A stretch of DNA of 59,642 bases, counting the filler. It is 10 parts of 10 records of this genome, joined end to end, with 100 filler letters (N's around TTAATTAATTAA, not from the genome) between each part and the next. Parts side by side here need not be neighbours in the genome. Positions count along the whole stretch, not along the records: positions 36,820 to 43,271 come from SRR31156797_99787; positions 43,372 to 49,003 come from SRR31156797_99873; positions 49,104 to 54,190 come from SRR31156797_100144; 7 more parts are not named here. The stretch is one strand, 5' to 3'. Under the pieces are notes generated by a model. It was given only the letters and a program-made list of their open reading frames with translations, had not been told where the DNA came from and did not search any database. The position numbers and the translations under genes were made by a program. Shown in pieces: positions 41,395-51,756 of the stretch (position 1 is its first letter; each line of letters begins with the position of its first letter).

Positions 41395-42573
41395 ATGCGT
41401 AAGCAACACCTTGAGCGCATTGCGGCCTGGGGGTCCCTTCTTGTCCTTGTCCTGGCATGGACGATGGGGGACGCCCGTGTCCGGGAAGACGCCGCGGCGC
41501 GCATTCGAAACATCTCCCCGGAGATCGTGTCCGTGACCCCCCTGGGGGAGGATCTGTTCCTGGGAGAGAAACAAAGTAAAAGAGAGGGAGAACCCGGGTC
41601 ACCGGTTTATATTGCCCAGGCCAGCCGTCCCGGTTACGGCGGCCCCTTGGGTGTGGCGGTGACGGTGGGGGAGGACAAGGTCATCCGGCAGGTGGCCATT
41701 CTTCACAGCACCGACACCGCAACCTATCTGGATAAGGTGGTGGGGGAGGGGATTCTGGACAAATTCCCGGGCAGCCGTCTGGACAACCTGCCCCAGGTGG
41801 ATGCGGTTTCCGGGGCAACCCTCTCCTCCAATGCCATTTTAGGGGGCATCCACGGGGCCGCCGCCCGTATCGGCCAGGCCCGGTTCGGGATGCCCGCGCC
41901 GGAACTCCCGAAGCAGGCGCCGGAAAAGGAGCTGATGAAGCTGGTTGTGGTATCGCTGCTGTTCGCGTCTGTTCTGATCCTGGGGAACAAACGGCTGGGA
42001 CGGGTAAGGAAACGGGCCAGGGCGGGATTGATGATTGTCTCGACACTGGTACTCGGTGTCTGGCTTGGCACCCAGTTCTCCCTCTCCTCCCTGACCCTGC
42101 TCATAAGCGGCGCCTGGACACGGGGACTGGCTTCCCACGCGGCCCTGCTTTGCCTGGTCCTGGCGGTCCTGGTGTTTCTGATCACCCGCAAGAATCTTTA
42201 CTGCGCCACCCTGTGCCCCTTTGGCGGGGTTCAGGAAGGATTGGGACGAATCACCGGATGCTCGCCGCCCCCCCGGTATCCCTGGATCGTCTGGACGGCC
42301 CGGGCCTTTGCCCTTGGGGCCATTGCCGTTGCCCTCTATTTCAGGAATCCCTCCGATGCGGTCTACGAGCCCTTTGGCATGGCCTTCAACCTGATCGGTT
42401 CCGATCTGTTGTTTGCCCTGACCATCCTGACCGTGATCGGGTCGCTTCTGGTGAAACGTCCCTGGTGCCGTCTTTTCTGTCCGGTGACCTGTTTTTTTGA
42501 TTACTTAAGTTTTTTCCGGAACGGCTGGGCCAGGTTCCTGAAAAACCGAAGGGCTGTGAAGGAGGCGTCATGA
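41395..42573 (+). CDS. rdhC: RdhC/NosR-like FMN-binding membrane protein
   Basis: GYGGPL, flavinylation motif DAVSGATLSS, TM region, two CxxxCP motifs (YCATLCP, WCRLFCP). Confidence 0.85.
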   Translation: MRKQHLERIAAWGSLLVLVLAWTMGDARVREDAAARIRNISPEIVSVTPLGEDLFLGEKQSKREGEPGSPVYIAQASRPGYGGPLGVAVTVGEDKVIRQVAILHSTDTATYLDKVVGEGILDKFPGSRLDNLPQVDAVSGATLSSNAILGGIHGAAARIGQARFGMPAPELPKQAPEKELMKLVVVSLLFASVLILGNKRLGRVRKRARAGLMIVSTLVLGVWLGTQFSLSSLTLLISGAWTRGLASHAALLCLVLAVLVFLITRKNLYCATLCPFGGVQEGLGRITGCSPPPRYPWIVWTARAFALGAIAVALYFRNPSDAVYEPFGMAFNLIGSDLLFALTILTVIGSLLVKRPWCRLFCPVTCFFDYLSFFRNGWARFLKNRRAVKEAS

Positions 42574-42788
42574 AATTTCGGAAGATGATCACCTTCGTGC
42601 TTTTTCTGGTGTTCTTTCTGCTCAGCGGAACGGAGCTGTCCCGGAAATGGATGGCCTCCCTGGAAAGGGACCCGGCTTCCGTGCGGTATGTCCGCAGCGT
42701 GGAAGTAAAAACAGCCCAAAGGAAAGAAAAGAAGAAAATAGATTACGGCAGTATCCTGGAAGCCAACAAGATGAGCAAGGACGGTTAG
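42570..42788 (+). CDS. small hypothetical membrane-anchored protein
   Basis: 72 aa, AGGAGG RBS, ATGA overlap with rdhC, N-terminal hydrophobic helix. Confidence 0.6.
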   Translation: MKFRKMITFVLFLVFFLLSGTELSRKWMASLERDPASVRYVRSVEVKTAQRKEKKKIDYGSILEANKMSKDG

Positions 42789-42897
42789 CCCCAATGCCCC
42801 CCTTTCCTTCACGGCGTGCACGGGCCGGATTTACCTGTTCTGGTGGTCTGCCATGCAACCAATGAGGGCTTAAGCGCGGGACAACCGGTTTAGGATG

Positions 42898-43271
42898 TCA
42901 GCAAAGCTTGCGGTGACGTACCATATGGTAGGAGAAGGTTTTGGGTTTTTCATTCCAGTCTTTTGGAAGCAGTATATCCGTTTTAAAGGGTTTTTCATTC
43001 CGGGCCGGTCTATTTTCTATAATGGTGTTTATCTTTTTCAGCTCCGCCAAACATTTTGACTCCCGGGTGAACAGCATGTTTCTTTTTTTCTTGGCCTCAT
43101 CGATTAATTTTAATTCCTTTGGAGAGATGATCAATCGCCCGCTACCTTCTTTCCTTTTCAGAATAATTTTTTTGACAGATAGCAGCTGATCATCAATCTC
43201 CAGGCGTTTCTTTCGGATATCATGCCATTCTTTCAGCAGTTTTTCCCTTTGTCTTTGGAATAGCGCCTTTT
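42898..43271 (-). CDS. hypothetical Lys-rich coiled-coil protein, 5' truncated
   Basis: frame of ORF 42898-43134 stays open to the contig edge (KALFQRQREKLLKEWHDIRKK...). Confidence 0.5.
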
Positions 43272-43371
43272 NNNNNNNNNNNNNNNNNNNNNNNNNNNNN
43301 NNNNNNNNNNNNNNNTTAATTAATTAANNNNNNNNNNNNNNNNNNNNNNNNNNNNNNNNNNNNNNNNNNNN
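43272..43371. other. artificial contig linker
   Basis: N-run/TTAATTAATTAA/N-run. Confidence 0.97.
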
Positions 43372-45594
43372 GTTGGTGACCGATGAATTAATAGCAGCCG
43401 GCAGATTAATTGTTACCGCCACCAGGTCCTCCCCCTCCCTCTCAACGGTTATCACCCCGTTATGTTTATGAATTATCACCGGAACCAAGGGCAGTTCCAC
43501 CAGGGAAGTGTCCGCCTCTTCCGTGGTAAAGGGATAGAAAAAATGCCTTAACTGGTCGTCGGGAAGGTATCCCGCCGGGTAAGCAATTTTGATCTCAACC
43601 ATTTTTCCGTCCAAAGCTATACTCATGCTCAATGTTCCACGTTGCGGTATTTGATACGCCGCATTTTTTATTAAGTTTAACAAAGCGCGTTCCACATGTT
43701 CAGGGTCGATGTTTAATCGGGGCAATTTATCTTTTATTTCCAAATCGAAATCTATCTCTTTGTCCCTCAAGATCTCAGTTGACAACTCAACAATATTATT
43801 GACAAAAGATTCGATTACCATGGGCTGCGGCCTGAGCTCTATAGGCTTTATATAACTCTGGATCATGGTCAGAATTGTTTCCAGCCGGCTGATTTCTTCA
43901 ATTAATATAGCCGCATACGGCGCAGCGGAATGTGAATCCGGCAGGGCCTTGGACAAACGGCTGGCGCTTAAGCCCACTATGGACAGGGGATTGCGAAATT
44001 CGTGGGCCAGCCTTGATGATATTTCACCAAGCGTCTTTAATTCCTCCTCTCTGAAAGTGTGTTCCTCGAGCCTTCTACGCTCCCTGATATCCAGCATGTA
44101 GCCTTCCATGTACAAAAAATCCCCGCTCTCCCCTCTTACAGGCTCGGCATGATCGAGGATATCCACTTCCCTGCCCTGGCGGTCCTGAAGGCTATATTCG
44201 ATTTCCAGGCTGTACCCGCCTTCCAGCGCTTTCTGCTTGGCGTCCAATACACGTTGACGATCCTGGGGGTGGATATAGCTCGACCATACGGCCGGCCCGC
44301 CTACCTGCTCCTCGGCGGGCCAACCGGTCAGCCTTTCTATATGGCTGCTGACAAAAGTTCTTATTAAATCATTTTCCAGCCGATATACAACCAGCGGTAT
44401 GTTCTCCACCAGGGTGCGGAATTTTTCTTCCGACCTGACCAGTTCAAGGGTGCGTTGCCGAACCCGGGCTTCCAACTCGTACGCCTGGTTTTGAAGCCGG
44501 TATTGGGAAGCTTCCAAACTGGCCAACATCCTGTTAAGAGCACCGGCCAGGGCGCCGAATTCATCCTGGACCGTGACCTCCATTTGAGGAACCCTTTTGC
44601 CGGCCGTTATTTTTTCAGCCTGGTCCACAAGAGCGCCAATAGGGGCCAGGAACAAGGTTGATATCCACCAGACAAAAATTAAGGCCAATATAAGCAGAAC
44701 CAGGCCGAATAAAACAATCCAGGCGCTCTGCTTGTAAAAAACCTCCATTACGCCCGACCGGTCCCTTGTTATTTCCACAACCGCCACCACGTCGCCCTTA
44801 AAATCCCTTATCGGCCCCACGAGGACGCTCAAATCATGAGTACCGCTTTCATGGGTAAAATAAACTGTTTGACCATCCTGCACAGCCTTGTTAATCGCGG
44901 CGGGATTCAGCACGTTCCGCGATTCCTCGGTCGACGCCAGCACCCTTAGCCCATTAGGCAAGCCGGGAGAAGAAACATAAATGGTCAATTCGACCATGAA
45001 ATCGGTTTTGTAGCTTTCCAGAAAAGACTGTTCAATACTGGAACCGAATTCAACGCTTCCAACCAGCCGATTTTCATAATATACAGGGGCAACGCCCCTC
45101 AAACCGAAACCGGTTACGCCGACCTCAAGACCGCTGACCACTTTCCCGGTTTCATAAGCCTGCCTGATGGTTTGACGGTAACTCAATAATTCGTCGCCGA
45201 ACACCTTCAATCGATGCAGCCGCAGAAACGATTCGCCCGGATAAATATGAAAATGGAATTGCTTTATATCCGCCAGCCGGCTCAGCTCCATGTAAGTTGA
45301 TTGAAAGATCCTGGCCAGGGCTTCCCGGTCTTTTTCGTTCAGCGCCTTTTGCACTTCGGGGTTTGAAGCCGCCATAACCGCCAGGGCCGCGGAAGAATCG
45401 AGGCAAATATTTATTCGCTGCTGCAAATATTTATAATTATTAAAAGATATCCGCTGTTCCTGTTGAGAAAGCGTGCTGTGCTGGCTGCGGATTCCCCAGA
45501 CAACCAGCAGCACCGTTAAGGCGGCAGGTAAAAAAAGAAACGGAATCAACAGTTTCCATTTAAGGCTGATATTCCGTATTTTCCTTAAGTTCAC
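43372..45594 (-). CDS. Cache-HAMP-PAS histidine kinase-like sensor with degenerate ATPase domain
   Basis: TM-Cache (QFHFH..SFLRLH..FGD)-TM-HAMP-PAS; H-box LAHEFRNPLS; N-box NLIKNA; G1/G2 boxes missing. Confidence 0.85.
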
Positions 45595-45906
45595 GAATCA
45601 TGCTCCTGAAATAATCTACTGTTCGCGATTTGGATCATGGCTGAATCCGAGCTTAATATTATTATCAGGGATGTAACGTCTTCCAGGTTTAAACAAGTCA
45701 TTTTCTTGAATTACTTTACATTTCAGTTTCATTCGCTTTTCCCGAGGCATGTATTTCATGAAAAAAGCTTAAAACCGGTTTTTAAAAATACTTCTGTATA
45801 TACAGTCAGATATCTTCAGTGTATAATGTCTTCGCCAGAAAGGCAAAGCAAGTTAGTTTAAAACGTAATAAAAGCTGAACCAACGGGAGATTGATTACCT
45901 GGAATC

Positions 45907-48060
45907 ATGCCTACGGCAGACACAGATTTTAGCAAATTCAACCAAACCAAGATCGTACTTTATCTTTATGACCCGGTGATCAGGAAGCATACCGCTATTG
46001 CGCTTCAACACCTGGGATTTGAAGATGTTACCGACTATGACGTGCCCAGGAACTATTTTGAGGCATTAAAGCGCCTGATATCCATCATTCCTGGTGAATC
46101 AGACCTGGTTTTGATGAACCTTCCGGACAGGCCCGCGCCTCCAGGCGCTAAAAAAGGCGATGTCGACCCAATCTTTGAAACCATAAATTCAACTTTTCTT
46201 GATATTAAAACAAACCTGGCCAAGCGCACTTCCGATCCATTGAAACTATTGTCAAAAACAGTGCCGGTCATTGAAGTCGGCGATTATCTGCGGGACAAGC
46301 TGATTGAAGTCTTGTTCAAGTACAGAGTGCCGGCCGCTTTTTTCATGTCCGCGATCCCGGATGTCCGGCATTTGAAAGGCGCCAGAAAGACTACCCAGTC
46401 CAGGGAAAATCTCCAGATCCACCTGGAGGAAATAACTAAATATTTATCTCAATATTTCAGGGATAAGGACGAACTGGTCGCCCTGGCCGATGAAAAGCTC
46501 ACCGAAAAAGAGCTGAGCGAAAGAAAAAAGAAATTCGACCAGTTAATGGCTGAAGCCGAAAAATGCAAACAAAGCGGGGAATACGAGCGGGCTATCACCC
46601 TGTTAAAGCAGGCCATTGAAACGTATCCCAAGGACATTGAACCATACCTCGAAAGCGGGAGGCTTTATGTCCGCAGACGTGAATATGGGCGCGCCCTGGC
46701 CCGCTTCAGCCAGGCGGAAGAGCTTTTCGAAGAGGCGCCGTCGCCCAACAAGGAAATTGCCAACGTCAGGATTATACAGGCAAAGGAAAAAATCGAGGCC
46801 GGCGCGGATCCCAATAGCCCCGAAATAATGGAACTGCTAAATGACGCCACGGAAAATTTCCGCCAGGCGCATGCCAAAACAGTTGAGATGACGGAAAAGG
46901 CCCCTGAATCTCCGGATCTGAACCAGCCATTGACCATTGGACAGGAAATATACAAATGGGGTCTGGCCGATTTCCTCGGCCCCAAGCACCCCTCCGTCCA
47001 GGAACTCAACCAGGTGGCCCGGGAAACAACAGCGGGCCTGGATTCCGTGCCCCTGGAAGAGCTATCGACCATGCAGTGCCTGGCCCTGGGACTCCAGGCC
47101 GTGGACGAAGGCAATATCCCACAGGCAGAAAGGTATTATTTTCAAGCCCTTAAAGACAGGGAGCGTTTCGGGGAAGTCTGTACGGAAATCAACCTTTTCG
47201 GTATGAGGCTGCGTTCCTTGAAAAAGTTTGACGAAGCCATTCGAATATACGACCGCCTGCTCGAGCACAAACCGCACAATCAGGGCGCGGTGTACTGGAA
47301 CATGGCCATAGCCTATGCATACAAAAATGATCGTATGAGTGTGGCCGGGTACATTTCCCGTTCGCTTTATACAGACCCCTACCTTCCCCGTGAGAATGAA
47401 TTCTATATCACTCTGACGCCGAACGTGGTTCCAGTACTTATTAATATGCTCAAGGTGCTTCGCCTGATTAGCAATCAATCCAAATCCGTCAAGGCGCCCC
47501 CGCAACTAATGAAACTATACCACGCCAGACTTAACCTGGGACGTCTTATCAGGGCCAGAAAACAGAAGGAAGCTCTGACCCTGTTTTTCAACCTTTTCAA
47601 GAAAGCTCAAAAGTTCACCGTAAAAATGGATTTCTATTGCGACGGCGAAGTCCCCAGATTTCTCCAGGAAATCAAGGCATCACTGGCCAAGAGCAAGGAC
47701 CCGAAACAATTGGCCATGGTAAAAACCATAAACAGTTATCTCAAATATGTCGCCGGACATCCCGCCCCCCCCCAAATGGCCAAGTTCATGACCCTGATTT
47801 ATCAGGCCATAGATGTTCTTGAAGAAAAAGGCGACCAGCACCAGGCATCTTTTTTTCTTGGCCAGGCCATATTGCTCATGCCCGCAACGTATTATCAACG
47901 GCCGGATTTTTTTGCCTTTGAATCCATCCCGGCCCTTGTTGTCGAACTATCCGGAAAATTTAAATATATCGATACAAAAAGAATCCCCAAACCCAAGCCG
48001 ACAAAAGCATCTGGCAAGGCTGCTTCACCCGCGAGGCGCAAGGCATCATCCCCGGCTTGA
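45907..48060 (+). CDS. large TPR-containing protein with receiver-like N-terminus
   Basis: 717 aa; TPRs (YERAITLLKQAIETYP, FDEAIRIYDRLLEHKP..VYWNMAIAY). Confidence 0.75.
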   Translation: MPTADTDFSKFNQTKIVLYLYDPVIRKHTAIALQHLGFEDVTDYDVPRNYFEALKRLISIIPGESDLVLMNLPDRPAPPGAKKGDVDPIFETINSTFLDIKTNLAKRTSDPLKLLSKTVPVIEVGDYLRDKLIEVLFKYRVPAAFFMSAIPDVRHLKGARKTTQSRENLQIHLEEITKYLSQYFRDKDELVALADEKLTEKELSERKKKFDQLMAEAEKCKQSGEYERAITLLKQAIETYPKDIEPYLESGRLYVRRREYGRALARFSQAEELFEEAPSPNKEIANVRIIQAKEKIEAGADPNSPEIMELLNDATENFRQAHAKTVEMTEKAPESPDLNQPLTIGQEIYKWGLADFLGPKHPSVQELNQVARETTAGLDSVPLEELSTMQCLALGLQAVDEGNIPQAERYYFQALKDRERFGEVCTEINLFGMRLRSLKKFDEAIRIYDRLLEHKPHNQGAVYWNMAIAYAYKNDRMSVAGYISRSLYTDPYLPRENEFYITLTPNVVPVLINMLKVLRLISNQSKSVKAPPQLMKLYHARLNLGRLIRARKQKEALTLFFNLFKKAQKFTVKMDFYCDGEVPRFLQEIKASLAKSKDPKQLAMVKTINSYLKYVAGHPAPPQMAKFMTLIYQAIDVLEEKGDQHQASFFLGQAILLMPATYYQRPDFFAFESIPALVVELSGKFKYIDTKRIPKPKPTKASGKAASPARRKASSPA

Positions 48061-48166
48061 CCGCCGTCCAACGGCCCCATATAAAAAAATGTCTTGCCGG
48101 AGTTTGCCCTCTAAGGTATAAAAAATGCCCTGAAACCCTACATTTCTTCCAAGGTTGGTGCTTAAT

Positions 48167-49003
48167 ATGAAGATCCATGAATTTCAAGCAAAGGAATTAT
48201 TAAAAAAATTCAATGTGCCTGTGCCTATCGGCGCGGTCGCGGATTCGAGCGAATCGGCCAAGGAAAAAGCAGGCCGGCTTGCAGAAGGTAAACTTGCGGT
48301 CAAGGCCCAGATACATGCCGGCGGCCGCGGCAAAGGCGGAGGCGTTAAGGTTGTTGACGGCCCCGACCAGGTTTTTGACATTGCCGCGTCTCTATTGGGA
48401 TCAAACCTGGTTACGCCGCAGACAGGGCCCGAAGGACAGGAAGTCCGTCGGGTCCTTATAGAAGAAGGGCAGCCCATTAAAAAGGAATTCTACGTCGGCC
48501 TCACCCTGGACCGCGCTCTGGCCAAACCGGTTTTTATGGTCAGTCCGGCCGGCGGCATGGATATTGAAGAAGTTGCCGAAAAGACGCCGGAGCTTATTTT
48601 TAAGGAAGCAGTCGACCCGCGTTTCGGCCTGCTGCCCTTCCAGGGTCGCTCCCTGGCCGCGGGCCTGGGATTGTCCGGCGCTCTCATGAGAGCGGGCGCG
48701 GCCCTGTTTGCGAATGTGTATTCCCTGTTTTCCACCCTGGATGCATCCCTGGTGGAAATCAATCCTCTTATTCTCACCGAGGACGACAAACTCCTGGCGT
48801 TGGATGCCAAAATAACCTTTGACGACAGCGCCCTTTTCAAACACCCCGAAATCAAGGAACTCGAGGACCCGTTCGAAGTCGACCCTCTTGAACTTGAAGC
48901 CGCCAATTACGATCTTAACTACATACGTCTGGACGGCAACATCGGCGCCATGGTTAACGGCGCAGGACTGGCCATGGCCACCATGGACCTGATTAAACAG
49001 GCC
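48167..49003 (+). CDS. sucC: succinyl-CoA synthetase beta subunit, 3' truncated
   Basis: MKIHEFQAKE, KAQIHAGGRGKGGGV, GGMDIEEVA, EINPL, GNIGAMVNGAGLAMATMD. Confidence 0.95.
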
Positions 49004-49103
49004 NNNNNNNNNNNNNNNNNNNNNNNNNNNNNNNNNNNNNNNNNNNNTTAATTAATTAANNNNNNNNNNNNNNNNNNNNNNNNNNNNNNNNNNNNNNNNN
49101 NNN
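49004..49103. other. artificial contig linker
   Basis: N-run/TTAATTAATTAA/N-run. Confidence 0.97.
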
Positions 49104-49199
49104 AGACGGGTATGGAATGCATGGGTCTGCAGCCGTCGGTTTGGCCAAATCACTGGTTCAACCCGAAACCAGAAAATAAAGTTGAAAAAGGAGACCCTT

Positions 49200-49997
49200 A
49201 TGCAACTGGTGGGCGAACTGATCAATGCCAGTCGAAAAAAGATTGCGGACATGATTCAATCCCAGGACAGGGCCGCTATTGAATCCGTGGCACAGGCGCA
49301 GGCCGAACATCGGGTTGATTTTATCGATGTTAATGCTGGAATTTTCGAAGAGCAGGAAAGCGCATATCTTCAATGGCTGGTTGAAATTGTACAGGCCAAA
49401 ACCGGAATGCCCTGCTGCATTGACAGCCCTAATCCAGCGGCAATCGAGGCGGCTGCGAAAGTGCATACCGGCGCCCCCCTTATCAATTCCATCTCACTGG
49501 AAAAAGCGCGTTATGACAATTTATTACCCCTTTTGGCGGGAACAGATTGGAAAGTGGTGGCCCTGTGCATGAGTGACGAGGGGATGCCCGAAACCACCCG
49601 ATCGCGCCTGACCAATGCCGAAAAATTGATCACCGGCCTGGTTCAAAACGGCGTTCCAACGGACAATATTTACGTCGATCCGCTGGTTCAGCCGGTAGCG
49701 ACTGGCCACCGGCAGGGCAACGCCTTTTTGGAAAGCGTCAAAACCATCGCTTCTCGATTTGATGGCGTCCACACCATTTGCGGTCTTTCCAATATTTCTT
49801 ACGGTCTTCCGCAGAGAAGCCTGATCAATCAATCTTTTGCAGCAATGGCCATTGCCCATGGTTTGGACTCTGCAATTATCAATCCCCTGGATGACGGATT
49901 GATGGCCACCATTGTAGCCGCCGAGGCGTTGGCTGGTAGGGACGAGTATTGCATGAACTATCTGATGGCATTTCGTCAACAACGCCTTGCGCTATGA
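49200..49997 (+). CDS. methyltetrahydrofolate:corrinoid methyltransferase (AcsE/pterin-binding family)
   Basis: GELINASRK, IDVNAG, CIDS, INSIS, YVDPLV, GLSNISYGLP, DSAIINP; GGAG RBS before ATG 49200. Confidence 0.88.
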   Translation: MQLVGELINASRKKIADMIQSQDRAAIESVAQAQAEHRVDFIDVNAGIFEEQESAYLQWLVEIVQAKTGMPCCIDSPNPAAIEAAAKVHTGAPLINSISLEKARYDNLLPLLAGTDWKVVALCMSDEGMPETTRSRLTNAEKLITGLVQNGVPTDNIYVDPLVQPVATGHRQGNAFLESVKTIASRFDGVHTICGLSNISYGLPQRSLINQSFAAMAIAHGLDSAIINPLDDGLMATIVAAEALAGRDEYCMNYLMAFRQQRLAL

Positions 49998-50082
49998 GAG
50001 TGAGGCAAAACGAATATCTCAAAAGGTCTGATCTGGCTGCCTTTGGCGTTATCGATCCATCCCAACTCAATAAGGAGGTACA

Positions 50083-51150
50083 ATGAATTCAGCAGAAAGA
50101 ATGGGCGCTGTACTTATGCAAAAAAAACCGGACCGGGTACCTGTGCTGCCGTTTATTCATGCAGCGGTCACCAAAACCACTGGAATCAGCTACAAAGAGT
50201 TCTGGTCCAATGCAGATTCATACTTTGACGCCCATTTCAGCGCCATGCGGTTGTTCGGATATGAACAAAGCCCGCTGTTCGGATATGCCGCCTGCGGTCC
50301 CAAGGAATTCGGTGGCAAAGTCGGTTTGCCCGAAGAGCCTGGATCCGTTGCACCCTACGTGATCGAACCCTTGGTGAAAACGACTGAAGACATCGATCAA
50401 CTTGAAGTACCCGACTTCAAAGAGGGAGCCCTGCCCGGTAATTACGGTATGGCTGATCGTGTCGGCGAACGCTGCTCTGAACTGGGAATGCCGGTTGGAT
50501 TCCAGGCCGGAAGTATTTTTTCCGCAGCTGCACAGATCGCCGAGACCACCACCTTTTTGACGTGGACCCTCACAAATCCGGATGCCGTCCACAAGTTGAT
50601 GGAAAAAGTCACCGGTCTTTACCTCAACGCACTGGATTATTTCGCCGACAAGTTTGGCGGACAAAATTGCCTTCCCTTTCAAGCCGGCCCCATGGAAGCC
50701 AATGGAATGATATCACCCGACCAATTCATGGAGTTGGTGTATCCGTACCTGTTGAGAATCAACCAGCGCATCAAGGAGCTGGGAATCATGGCGTCCTTCA
50801 TACATCCCTGCGCCGACCAGAACGGAAATATTCCGGCTTACGTTAAAATGCGCGAAGCCTGTGACTGGCACGGGCGCTACATCTGGTTGTTCGGCCCGGA
50901 AACCTCTGTTGCGGATCAAATGAAAGCCTTTGGAGCGCACGATATCATTTGCGGCAATGTGGATCCCGGAGTGATTCATGAAAAATCCTATGAAGAAGTG
51001 CTTCAACTGTGCAAAGAACAAATCGAAGTGGGCAAGGACAACCCGGGAGGCTTTTTTCTTTCGGCCGGTTGCGACTTCCCCGTTGAAGCATCTCCCATCA
51101 AACTGATGGCCTTTATGGATGCGGCCGAACAGTTCGGCAGATACGATTGA
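50083..51150 (+). CDS. uroporphyrinogen-decarboxylase-family methyltransferase (MtaA/CmuA-like)
   Basis: PDRVPVLP, ISPDQF, HPC zinc motif, GNVDP, LSAGCD. Confidence 0.85.
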   Translation: MNSAERMGAVLMQKKPDRVPVLPFIHAAVTKTTGISYKEFWSNADSYFDAHFSAMRLFGYEQSPLFGYAACGPKEFGGKVGLPEEPGSVAPYVIEPLVKTTEDIDQLEVPDFKEGALPGNYGMADRVGERCSELGMPVGFQAGSIFSAAAQIAETTTFLTWTLTNPDAVHKLMEKVTGLYLNALDYFADKFGGQNCLPFQAGPMEANGMISPDQFMELVYPYLLRINQRIKELGIMASFIHPCADQNGNIPAYVKMREACDWHGRYIWLFGPETSVADQMKAFGAHDIICGNVDPGVIHEKSYEEVLQLCKEQIEVGKDNPGGFFLSAGCDFPVEASPIKLMAFMDAAEQFGRYD

Positions 51151-51167
51151 ACCTCTTCATCAGACAA

Positions 51168-51190
51168 GGGGGAGCGGATGCCGCTCCCCC
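51168..51190. terminator. GC-rich hairpin between convergent genes
   Basis: GGGGGAGCGG-ATG-CCGCTCCCCC perfect 10-bp stem. Confidence 0.55.
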
Positions 51191-51214
51191 ACTACAGATT
51201 GCGAAAAGCCCCTG

Positions 51215-51756
51215 TCATTTCAGTGATCGGTAATAACTGTTGAGCGTATAGATGGCAGCCAGTGGATTGTGCCCCAAAAGACGGTCTTTAACGGCCAGCA
51301 CCGTGCAGGGTGCCTGACAGTATTTAAAGAGCAGCGAATCATGGCCCACGCACAGTCCCATTAAAACAGTGAATTCCACCTTAGCGTCATTGAGCACAAA
51401 AGCCTGGGCGATGGGGTTGCACATGGATTCAAATTTACCGGGCTGGATTTTTTGATCTTCTTGAAGGCCGATATCTTCTTTCGGCTTACAACCAAGTTTG
51501 CAGCACACCGAGACCACTTCAAAACCGCTATCAACCAATAGGCGGTTTACAGCGCGGGCCTCTTCGTTGAGGCCAATGCAAAAACCAACCCCAAGCGTTT
51601 AAAATTCATTTTGTGAGCGAACTCGATGGTTTCCTGAATACGGGGTGTGACAGGTTTCACATGTTCGTAACCCTTTTCCTTGTCCCCATACCCTTCTCCT
51701 TCCTGAATAGCAACACTGCGGACAAATTCAAAATTTTCCTTTTTCGCAATCCGCAC
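51215..51756 (-). pseudogene. DUF1847 family protein, frameshifted and apparently lacking its N-terminus
   Basis: IQEGEGY..PRIQETIEFA..KRLGLVF|CIGL..SVCCK..MCNPIAQA..GLCVGHDSL..VKDRLLGHNP; one T missing from a T-run near 51580-51584. Confidence 0.75.

Noticed and set aside
51578-51586. Programmed frameshift in DUF1847
   Set aside because: One missing T in a homopolymer with no evident stimulatory structure; sequencing error or decay is simpler
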